A program made the position numbers and the translations under genes. The notes under the pieces were generated by a model. The model saw nothing but the letters and a program-made list of their open reading frames with translations, had not been told where the DNA came from and did not search any database. Shown here piece by piece: positions 50,366-61,090 of a stretch of DNA of 64,000 nucleotides. Source of the stretch: Paraphysomonas bandaiensis (Eukaryota; Protista; Chrysophyceae); contig CBFFRP010000406.1 of the NCBI GenBank assembly GCA_965644295.1, forward strand, positions 124,001 through 188,000, in the 5' to 3' direction. Position 1 is the stretch's first letter, and the number at the start of each line of letters is the position of its first letter.

Positions 50366-51607
50366 ATGGTCTCTGCAATACACCGGAAAACAGTGAGAAG
50401 CTTTGCAAGGTGTCTGTCGGGCATGCGTGCTCCTCTCACCAACATTGGCGGGTTGTCTCGTGGCTTCTTTATGTTCAATGCAGAGGAGGCTACCGCTTTT
50501 GTGAACAGTGTACTATTTTTGCGCATTACCCATGTTTCCCCGGGATCGCTGTCTATGTCGATGCCTCTGAAGTCTGCTTTGGTTGGAGAAGAAATTGCGG
50601 AGCACATACATCACGGTGTAGTTGCTGCCGCTATCGACCACACTGCAGGTCTCTGCTCGTGGACCACCGTAGACAAGCCAGAGTTTATATTATCTACTAT
50701 AAACCTGAGAATAGACTACTTGTCAAATCTGACGCTTAGTGATGAAGGTGTTACTTTAAGTTAACATGTATCCGTCTAATATGTGCAATTTTGAAGGGCT
50801 GGCACTGGATGCTACAGTTGTTCATGCAGGGAATAGATTAGTCAGAACCGACGTGGTGTGTTGGAATCAATCTAGGACTAGAAAAATTGCCTTGGGTAAA
50901 ACACCAATATTTCTCATCTACAGTATTGACTTTGTTCCCCGTTGTTAATAGGTCGCAGTTTGTTCAATGTGTATCCCCATAAATCTGATCGCGTTTGGGC
51001 AGTTGCGATGTTAAACTCTCTATTTAGGTGGTCGAGCAATTTGGGAGGCACATTTTTGTTAGGACTTAGAGCTCTGCTAATGTCACAGCATCATGCACTT
51101 TATATACTTAGACGCGGGAGAGCTGGCGAAATCATCCGTCAAGAAGTCACTGAATCACAAGATATGTATGGCGGTATGACTTTTGTGGACTACCGCAAAT
51201 ATGTCGAGCAAGGGACATCATTTTGTCGTCATATCCTGTCAGTACGTTTGAGCAGCGTTTCAAGGGGACAACTTGTTTTGTCGATGCCATTTAGGCCGGT
51301 ATTTACAGGAAATTTTTCAACACCATGTCTTCATGGCGGAGTCACTGCCGCACTCATGAACCACTGTGCGACATGTTGTGCAAAAACTGTTGTCGATGAC
51401 AACTTTAAATTTATAGATACTATTGACTTCAGAATAGATTATCTCTACCCTGCACCATGCTTTGAAGATATTTTATGTACCGGAACCGTTATTAGTTGTG
51501 CGAAAAGCATGATTCGAGTTAATGTTGAGTGCTGGAACCACAACAAAACCCTCAAAGTCGCGAGCGGCCGTGTGTTACTTGAAAGTGTTGATCGCATTAA
51601 TATTTAA
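50366..51607 (+). CDS. Double hot-dog (PaaI-like) acyl-CoA thioesterase, probable mitochondrial presequence
   Basis: Two repeats: HIHHGVVAAAIDH..STINLRIDYL and CLHGGVTAALMNH..DTIDFRIDYL; two short introns. Confidence 0.82.
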
Positions 51608-54600
51608 ACTTTCACAAATTTGTGGCTACGAGGACGTTGTAAATAAGTATCTCTTGTGAGTAGGTTCAAATTGTCCTGACAACGGACGACTTGCATGTTC
51701 AATAGTTGGTAGTGCCCACTACGAGCTAGAAGAAGATGCTCATTGTTACATATAGTACTACAACAAGTCACTGACATAGTATTGCTTATAGATACATTAC
51801 ATAGTGCACTTCAATTAAATTCTCGCGGAATTTCACATCAGTCATTCAAAGTGAAAAGCACATATGTCACTGAGATACGACGTTTCACGAAGGTCACGTA
51901 GTGCTGCTGACTAAGACAAGCAAAATATGGCTCTTCCGAAAAACGAGTCGATGTGTACCAACGACACTACTACATAATATATATATCAATACATTTATTT
52001 AGCACGATTAGGTACGATTATGATACCGCTCTTGATAGTGAATTACACACGTGGATGTATATAGATTAAAAATACATTTTTCATACGAATTCAACAAACA
52101 TTCTAATAACGGAGAGGGATTCACAGTAGTTCTGCGTATTGCCTCATTGTTGTGAGTTATTGAGATCCCTCCGCAATTGTTCAGAAGCCGTTATTGCCAA
52201 ATAACATTGTAAAGCCAACAAAACACCCTACCATAAACAACAAACTAAATATATTACAATCCACTTGATTTCTAGATATCTTCTACAAGAAAACTGACTT
52301 TCTCCGCTCTTTTAAGGAACTTTTAGCCCAAGATATAATACTTAATTCCATTGCTAATCTTTCCTGTCTTTCTCTGAGAATGAATAAATATGATATCGCA
52401 GGTGTTGATGGGCTCGAGGTGAAGGTGGACTAATAGACATCTTTAACTGATACTATGAACTTGAATAGAAATAAGGGAAATGTATGAGAGAGAAAGCTGC
52501 TAAGACAGGGTAATGATGTGAACTGTGATAGTTTATTAATGAACAAAATTAAAAAACTTCTTGCGGACCCTCACATTGATATTTGAAAAAGATATATATA
52601 AAGTTTGTCGTGGTCTCTATATTAGATTCAACAACTAAAGATTTCTTTCGAAAGTCAGTTACAAGGATTTAGAACGCTCCAAGATTTTAAAAGCTTTTTA
52701 TTGTGATCACGATCATACGGGGACTATGTGGCTCTCTCTGACATGGATTATTATTTGCCCACATGGAAAAATCTATACTTCGTATCGCTGAATCATAGAA
52801 GGACCGCGTGATGTCATAATGTGTATGTTGATGATCCTACCTCTTGTTTCTACTTTGCTCATACAGTCACTAGTCACTAACTATCGTTCCAAGCTTACGT
52901 CTAAAACGAAGAATGCATCAGCCCTATGCGACTTTTCTACACTTATATTGCACTGGCTGAAGCGTTTCTTTACCATATTTTGTCATTTTTTACTACTTTG
53001 CCTACAATAACAGCTTATGTTTTACTCCCATAATATTAATAAATTGCTAAAAAGTTCTCACTACAAGCTACAAGCAATTACCCAAATCAAGGAATTATAT
53101 CATTAATTAATATCTATGATTTCATGGTCATAAGGAATAACCTTACTTTGACAACACTCCAGTAAGAATATATTAAACCATCAGAGATGCCACAATAATA
53201 AGTAATTGCCAGTTGTATCTATTAATAGTATTGTAACTTCCTCTTAACATATTGTCAACGAAGGCAGAAATATATTTGTCCCTATGACCTACCTTCTAAA
53301 CTAAAGAGTGCCATTTGTTCCTACAAAGTTAATTTTTATCGATTCTACTGAATTTTAATACGACTCAAATGCAACTTTTAGTTTAGTAGAAACATCTTCT
53401 AAATGTCACCGCAGACCAGTATTTAGTAAATACATGAAAGAGAGTTTCAGACATGCTATAGATATATCAAAGAAATGAAGAATAGAATATGGCTACATTG
53501 ACTTGGCGGCAAATAGACAAATACCACCAAGGTGTTGAGAGGGAAGGAAAATAGGTTGACATTTGGTTGAGTACTTTCAACTTTCAATGTGTATCGCTTG
53601 AATATTGAATATTACGAACAAATTTCCCCCGTTTGGAAAGTGTGCCCTAGTATAGTTGTTATGTTGATTCAACTACAGACATCTTTATTATAATCCAGAC
53701 GTATGTGTTGTTTGTGGCGAAGCAAGCTTGAATTCGATCTACACTATGCTTGCGTGACCCGTATATGGTTAAGAGTTAAGAGGTACCTCGCTCGTTTTGG
53801 GAAGAGGGGGAGCTACGCTGGGCCACACTTGTATAAGATTCTTCATTTATATTTAAGTTCCCAGAAATGTTTACAACAGGGGATATTATATGCTATATTG
53901 TGTATGATGTCAATGTGATGTAAGATATGCACAATCATTTAAGTGCATTACCTTATCCATGATACATTAGAAATTCATCACTACATTAAGACATCATTGA
54001 AAGAAAGGCATAATCACTAAATAATGATAATTGAGACTAGTATTAATCTTCACTCTCAATCCCATATGAAAGTGTACGAGACAGCCGGCTCCGTATGGTT
54101 TTGACTCACATTGAGGTTACAGACAGAAGTCGCTAGTGCGGCTATTTCATAATAAGAACACCAGGAATGAAGTCAAATAACTTCGAGGGGAAGGTTGAAT
54201 CCTTATGACACAGTATACTAGCTGACAATCTCATATGATGAGTCGCCTCTTCATCGATAGTCATATAATCACATAGCCAGGCTTGTTCCATAGAGCTCAA
54301 GCGTAATCTATGTGTGCAGATTTATCTACCCACAGCACAACATCTCAATAAGCCGTATTCATTTTAGAGATAAAACGGCAAAGGAGTGCAACGCAGTGCT
54401 ATTACTATATGACATGACTATGGAATTGCGTGTATATTAATACACACTGCTGTACACAGTATAGTAAATAGTAAATAGCAAGTACAATGAAGCGACGTAA
54501 TATAGATACTGGAGTATTGATGCGAATACCATGGAATACGTACTGTACTTTGGACTAAATACTTCGTAGTTTTACCAGAAATCCCATATGCGGGATATAA

Positions 54601-54812
54601 GTAGAATGGACAGCAGAACAAGTGGGTGAAGAATCTTCAAGCAAACAAGAATGCTGTGACGTTTGTGAGTGTCCATCTGATGGATGAGTGTCTCGATCAA
54701 ACCATATAAGCTGCGTGGATATGAACCACACAATACCTTATTATAGACTAGTACAGATTATTAGATTAGTATAGCTGTAGAGTAAGCCTGAGGTTGCTCC
54801 ACATAGCTCATC

Positions 54813-55907
54813 ATGGATTTTTTTTTCACCACCATTTGCCCAACAGCGGGGGTGATCATATCGAATGTACAACTCGCATCTCCCTTCAAGGCCGTATTGG
54901 AATGCAGAAGATGTAAAAACATGGGCCCTTTAAACCCAGTACCATTGGCAATTAGTTTTATCAATTTGCTGGGTGTCGTTATATATGGAAGTGTCCTGCA
55001 AGATATGTTTCTTGTTTTGAGTGTAAGTCTTGGAGTTGTGCTCAATTTGATGGGCTGCACAACTGCAATATCTTTGCTTGCAGCACAAGGCCGAGACAAA
55101 GAAGTGCAACGCATGGAACGCCTTATACTGACTGGAGTTTTCATGTGGATATTTATTGTGCTGTCAGTACCTACATATTTTCCTAGTATAAACACAGCTT
55201 TAACTGTAATGGGCGTTACAACTTGTAGTACCACTGTACTCTACTACTGTTCCCCATTGTCCTCTATCAGAGTAATCGTTTCTACCAAGAATGCATCTAG
55301 TCTGTACATGCCCATGCTTATTATGAATTTGATATCTGCTTTGTTGTGGTTTAGCTACGGGTTCTGGGGTGCGAAAAACATCTGGATATATATCCCTAAT
55401 GGCGTTGGGCTCTCTGTAACCCTTGCACAGTTGTATGTGAAGATTTTGTATGCTAATGCTTCTCCCATGGCTCCAACTACTGATATCAAAAAAGTGGAGT
55501 CACGTGGATCCAATGACGAAGCGGGTACAGGCTCTCTTCCTGCAACAAGCCAACACGGGGTTGATGGATCGTGTTCGGGAACAGTGGAAGTAATGAGCAT
55601 GGGACTTGGAGGTATGGGCGGAATTGGTGGTGTGGGAGCACCTGCACTTGTAGAAATGGATGTAGCGAACTATGACGATGGAGAGGTCCCGGCTCCTCTC
55701 TCCCCTACTGTCGCTGATCTTGGTATGGGCACGGTACAAGGCATAGTGGAGGTTGTACCCGTTGCAGCCTCGGCTGTTATGGAAACTCTTGGTGACATCG
55801 GAGAAATAATTCTGTCCACTGTTATGGATGTCGACAATGTGCAGCCTTTATCAATGAAAGAGGAGGAGGTGGAGGACGAGCTGGAAGATTACCCGTATGG
55901 TTCATAA
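54813..55907 (+). CDS. SWEET (MtN3/saliva) sugar transporter with acidic C-terminal tail, intronless
   Basis: LASP..LNPVP first repeat; YYCSPLSSIRVIVSTKNASSL..LWFSYG..IYIPNGVG second repeat; 7-TM pattern. Confidence 0.9.
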   Translation: MDFFFTTICPTAGVIISNVQLASPFKAVLECRRCKNMGPLNPVPLAISFINLLGVVIYGSVLQDMFLVLSVSLGVVLNLMGCTTAISLLAAQGRDKEVQRMERLILTGVFMWIFIVLSVPTYFPSINTALTVMGVTTCSTTVLYYCSPLSSIRVIVSTKNASSLYMPMLIMNLISALLWFSYGFWGAKNIWIYIPNGVGLSVTLAQLYVKILYANASPMAPTTDIKKVESRGSNDEAGTGSLPATSQHGVDGSCSGTVEVMSMGLGGMGGIGGVGAPALVEMDVANYDDGEVPAPLSPTVADLGMGTVQGIVEVVPVAASAVMETLGDIGEIILSTVMDVDNVQPLSMKEEEVEDELEDYPYGS

Positions 55908-56597
55908 TTTTTTGCTAAAGATATAGGTGTTATCGTAGTAATTATATTGCAGATAGCTTGAACTTGGATTTCCTTACGACCACGTACTTAAAGTATCGAT
56001 GGTCAATATGGTTTGCGCCAAGGTTTTTTGATATATATACAGTAGGTAACTGACACCTGTGTATTTGGTGTTTGGAATATTAAGTGATGATACAAGCTAA
56101 ATACAATCCACTAATAAAAGATAAACGGTTATGATCAGAATATTTGCATTTTATCGACAGAAACAAGGATGCATTACACAGTCCGGTAAAGTTATTCAAT
56201 GGGTTGTACCAAGGTATGAACTGTGATGCGATAGTAAGCTACCAAGAGACTACCAATGTACTAAATGCACCCTGTAGAATGGTCATTGAAAACCACAATG
56301 TGCACTTTGTGACGCTCAGACAAAGCTATTATGATAATGTATCAATATGCCCCATAACAAATGTAGTGATAAATATGTATTCTCTATATCTATATACAAT
56401 ATAGTAGTTGACACAGCAAATAGCGCTCACAATTTTAACTCTAATGCAGGAATAAATTCATGATAAATACTTTGTAATTTGTAAGGTGTTAACGACATAA
56501 GTAGAGCCAGAGAAATAATATCGAAGAATTAATAATAAATCTGCATTATATCTTTACTGATTGATATGGCTGCAGCAAAACTAACAAATTAAACTGT

Positions 56598-57085
56598 TTA
56601 CAGAAGCAGTTGCTCAATCTGATTGCGAATATTTATGATTTGAGAGGACAGCTGCGATGCATCATTCGAGAGAATGGAGCATGCAACAACAGGGCGGGAA
56701 ACACCACATGCCCTTCCCAATGCAATCTTCGACGGAACAAAAACATAAGGCACATTCTAAAACAAAAATTAATATACGGTATATTTTACTCTTGGTTTCC
56801 TACCTTATCTTCACAGAGTAGCGGCAAGTGAAGCAGAATTTCAAGCGGTTCGGTATCAGCTGCCATAACAATGATATCCGTAATACCACGATTGAGGGTC
56901 TTAGTTGCCTCATTGGCACCTTTCTTCAGTTGCTGTCAACACAGTGTAAGAAAGGGCCGTACAATTTCGGTACTGCGAGTACACATTACCTTGTAGTTCG
57001 AAGCCTGCTGTACCAAATCAAGAATGGCGACAGTCAAGTCAGCCTCAGCCAACGGGAAAGCTTTCGGGTTCGTTTCAGAAGCCAT
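56598..57085 (-). CDS. SNU13: Snu13/15.5K (NHP2L1), copy 1, 3 exons
   Basis: [20 protein letters not shown]|[36 protein letters not shown]|[28 protein letters not shown]. Confidence 0.96.
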
Positions 57086-57097
57086 GGTATTTTCTTT

Positions 57098-57120
57098 GCC
57101 TCACAGCAGGGATCACAGGC
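57098..57120 (-). promoter_or_regulatory. Predicted kink-turn hairpin in SNU13 copy 1 leader
   Basis: GCC-UGU-GA-U-C-(6 nt)-G-U-GA-GGC on the mRNA strand. Confidence 0.55.
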
Positions 57121-57437
57121 TCAGCGATATAAGCAGAATCGATGATACGATTTATGTGGAGATTTACTAATCTGGTGGTGGAGACTGTCGAAGTTATCTG
57201 CTGATGATGATGCAGCCGTAGTTACTGTTGAAAGTGGCAAAAACCTGAGGTTTTATTGAAAATAGGGTTTATGTAAAACGAAAATTGGATTTTCGACGTT
57301 TTTTATATCCATTGGAGGTGAAGTCAGACTCAGCAGTTCACACTCAAATAGGTGGACTGCAGAAGTCATACATCATCCACCACCAGATTAGTAAATCTCC
57401 ACATAAATCGTATCATCGATTCTGCTTATATCGCTGA

Positions 57438-57460
57438 GCCTGTGATCCCTGCTGTGAGGC
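57438..57460 (+). promoter_or_regulatory. Predicted kink-turn hairpin in SNU13 copy 2 leader
   Basis: GCCTGTGATCCCTGCTGTGAGGC, ending 12 nt before the ATG at 57473. Confidence 0.55.
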
Positions 57461-57472
57461 AAAGAAAATACC

Positions 57473-57960
57473 ATGGCTTCTGAAACGAACCCGAAAGCTT
57501 TCCCGTTGGCTGAGGCTGACTTGACTGTCGCCATTCTTGATTTGGTACAGCAGGCTTCGAACTACAAGGTAATGTGTACTCGCAGTACCGAAATTGTACG
57601 GCCCTTTCTTACACTGTGTTGACAGCAACTGAAGAAAGGTGCCAATGAGGCAACTAAGACCCTCAATCGTGGTATTACGGATATCATTGTTATGGCAGCT
57701 GATACCGAACCGCTTGAAATTCTGCTTCACTTGCCGCTACTCTGTGAAGACAAGGTAGGAAACTAAGAGTAAAATATACCGTATATTAATTTTTGTTTTA
57801 GAATGTGCCTTACGTTTTTGTTCCGTCGAAGATTGCATTGGGAAGGGCATGTGGTGTTTCCCGCCCTGTTGTTGCGTGCTCCATTCTCTCGAATGATGCA
57901 TCGCAGCTGTCCTCTCAAATCATAAATATTCGCAATCAGATTGAGCAACTGCTTCTGTAA
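57473..57960 (+). CDS. SNU13: Snu13/15.5K (NHP2L1), copy 2, 3 exons
   Basis: Same protein as copy 1; the coding differences seen are synonymous. Confidence 0.96.
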
Positions 57961-58429
57961 ACAGTTTAATTTGTTAGTTTTGCTGCAGCCATATCAATCA
58001 GTAAAGATATAATGCAGATTTATTATTAATTCTTCGATATTATTTCTCTGGCTCTACTTATGTCATTAACACCTTACAAAGTATTTATCATGAATTAATT
58101 GGCACTCGACTATAAAGATTGCGCTTGTATATATATGTTGTAGAGTGTGCTGCGGTATGTGTGTGCTTTTGTCAAGCATCGTGCTTTTATCAATTAGCCT
58201 ATATCAAAAACTTGTTTAGCATGTTGAATTTTATCTGCAAATCGAAAGAACTGCTAATGATAAAATCGTATGCTATTTACTCAACACATTGGTATATAGT
58301 ATAAAAGAACTAATACTATTCAATTCACTGAAATTCGAACATAATATCATTGTGCAATAAGAGTGTAACTTTGTAAATGGCATTATGAAACGATGGCGAA
58401 GAGCCAGAGTGTTAAATTTATATATAAGG

Positions 58430-59610
58430 GATGATACTCCTTCTTCCTTATCTCCTAATGATGTTGAAAACCTAATAACTCGAGTGTATTGCTATATATG
58501 ACAATCTTATTTTTAGCAATAGGCATCGAGAATCAGCACCAGATAAGTGCTAGATGAAAACTAGTCAAGCTAGATCGACTTCTGCCTGTAGCTAACTAGA
58601 ACAAATTCTCATATCCTACTATACAACGCTACAAAAGCTGCTTGTGCGTCGCCACAAGCACCAAGGTGCGGCCACCTCCGTTCTTGTATGTATGGGAAAA
58701 AATCTATGAATGTGAGTCCTGGAAGTGCAGATGGGGTTAGTCAAGTGGGCGCCCCTCCTTTGGTTACGGATGTTGACTGGTGGAGCAGAGTTAACGTGTC
58801 TTAAAAGTGCGGGTAAAGTCCCCATAGTTAGCCGATTTACGAAAATGGGTTGCATTGTATTACTCTGGGGGGCTTATTGGGGCCTAGATGAAGATATAAT
58901 GGTCGTAGTCTCCGGCGTCGTGTTTGTTGACGTGGTGCTGGGATGGCGGACAAACAATGTGGAGAGTCGTTGCGTAAAGGAATTTTGTACCACGGGGTAG
59001 TGTTGAAACGCCTAGTTATTACAATCAGTTCTCAGGATGGGCTTCTATGTGGAGGAGTCTATGTGGCCCTACCACACAATTTTGCCGAGGAAATAGCAAC
59101 TGTGAGATGTTAAAGTTGACTTATACACCCCTCAACAAAATCGGACTCGCACCTTTTCGTGGTGTTCTGGGGGATAAGTACCGGAGATATTTCTCCGGGA
59201 AACTTACGTGAGCCGCGTATATAGTCAGCAGAAAATATTCTTTCTACTCATAGCCGAATGCTTGTGTGGTACAAGGGACAGTAATGTATGTGTCATTTGT
59301 GTAGAATGGGCCCACCACAAGGGCAGGGACAGGGCCCACCCGAAGGGTAACCGGGGTATTGGGCTGCCTGCTGAAGTGGTTGCACCTTGGTGCTTGCGGC
59401 GACGCACAAGCAGCTTTCGTAGCGTTGTATAGTAGGATACTAGAGTTTGTACTGATTAGTTACAGGTAGGGGTCTAACTAGGTTGACTAGCATTCATCTA
59501 GCTACTAAATCGGTGCAGGTTTTAAACGCCTATTGCTAAATAAAAGACTTTCAATATATATGCAGAAGTTATTGTCAACATCATATATAGGAAAGAAGAG
59601 AGTTTCTTTT
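58430..59610. mobile_element. Two opposed structured-repeat ends forming about 250-bp imperfect inverted repeats; right part (59122-59610) is a type A copy
   Basis: 58430-58680 is an imperfect reverse complement of 59372-59610, sharing TATCCTACTATACAACGCTAC, GCTGCTTGTGCGTCGCC.CAAGCACCAAGGTGC and TAGCAATAGGC. Confidence 0.75.
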
Positions 59611-60261
59611 GATCCAAATATTGAAAGTCTATATTTGACCGCTGCCAGTATGGTAATATTAGTAAGGTTAATCAGGTCAAAACAACACTTTCTTGATATA
59701 TAATGGGGATAATACTAGATTCTATCAAAATTAACTTATTATCTCAATATTCTGCAGCATTTAATTCTTTCCTGGATGTTGTTTTGTTTTGTTTTATCTT
59801 AGTAATTTTGTATTGAATTGACAACCTAGTCGCCCTATTCTTACATAAGAAATAAGGCCTCGTAAAACAAAGGCATGCTAATACTAGTTTACCACAGCGG
59901 ACATATCACGATGTCAACTTCAGCACCTTTTATCCACTTTGTTTTTCGCATTCATATAGAAATTCATTTTTGACGCAGGTTTATACTAATAGTCACCGCA
60001 TATGCACCAACTTTCGTTCTAGAAACTGCTACATGTGACATTGATTCATTCTTATGAGTTTGTCTTGCGAAAGTGAAATTGAACAATATACTATAAAATA
60101 TTTCGATAGTTCCGAAAAAAATAGTAATATTTTGCATCAGTAGAGTATATTCAACTTATATTTATCTTTCTTTAGCACCACAGCAATACAATTGGATATC
60201 AAAACACAATCTCTAGAAGAGCTAGAAATTGTTTACCACTACGGTACAATTTATCAACTGC

Positions 60262-60706
60262 CTACTCCGCAGCACATATGCATTCAATTTCCACCAATGC
60301 ACCGGCAGGAAGCGCCGATACTGCGAACGCAGCTCTTGCAGGTGGTTCAGAAGGGAAAAATTCGCCGTAAACTGCGTTCACTTCAGAGTAAGTTGACATA
60401 TCAGTCAGTAGTACTGTGCACTTCAGCACGTTGCTCATAGTGCTCCCTCCTGCTTCAATGATATGCCGCATATTGATCAATGACTGTCGCGTTTGCGCGG
60501 CAACACCCCCTTCCACGAGTGAACCTAAATCTTTTTCAATGCCGATACACCCAGAAACATACAGAACACCCCCGTGTTTAATAGCCTGGCTGCATGTAAT
60601 CAGTCAAATGTCATTATTAATATCGGCTCAGCTGCATACATACTAACCTATAGGGGCCAATGGCAGCTGGTGCATTAGGGGAGGATATCACTTCTCTGGT
60701 GGTCAT
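60262..60706 (-). CDS. RIDA: RidA/YjgF/UK114 2-iminoacid deaminase
   Basis: APAAIGPYS|QAIK, VNAVYGEFF..EPPARAAFAVSALPAGALVEIECI; one intron. Confidence 0.93.
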
Positions 60707-61090
60707 GGTGTTGGTACCGTTGGAAGATAATAACCACTTGCTACGACTTAATACTGCTCTCATAAAAGGGTGTTACGTACTATCAAAATATACGGAATTC
60801 TAGAATTTCATTTGCAGTGCTCTATAAAATACAGTCACATCTCTAAAAAGCTCAAGATTTTGCTTAGATTTTGAAGAAATATAATACAGTGTATACCACT
60901 ACTGGTATACCATGTATACTGCAACCTGTAATGTGAATCAGAGAGTGCCTGGAAATGGTGGGTTCACATACACATATACTCCATGCAATCAACACAATGG
61001 CTGCCGTACTTAAACGTGATGAGGTATTCATGAGCTTTTAGAGCCGTAAAGCATCCTTTCTATTGTAGAGAAAGGCTTAGAGTGTGCGTT

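Larger units (their letters stand above)
56455..58096. repeat. Large inverted duplication (arms 56455-57182 and 57376-58096, 193-bp spacer)
   Basis: The arms are reverse complements with only a few substitutions and one 7-bp TTTGTAA duplication. Confidence 0.97.

Noticed and set aside
51700-54700. Long AT-rich spacer with faint coding-like patches (e.g. QERLAMELSI on the minus strand near 52350)
   Set aside because: Too degenerate to assign; no TIR or TSD found.
56610-57948. Paired ORFs MKQNFKRF.. and MLNLIANI..
   Set aside because: Antisense shadows of the spliced SNU13 copies.
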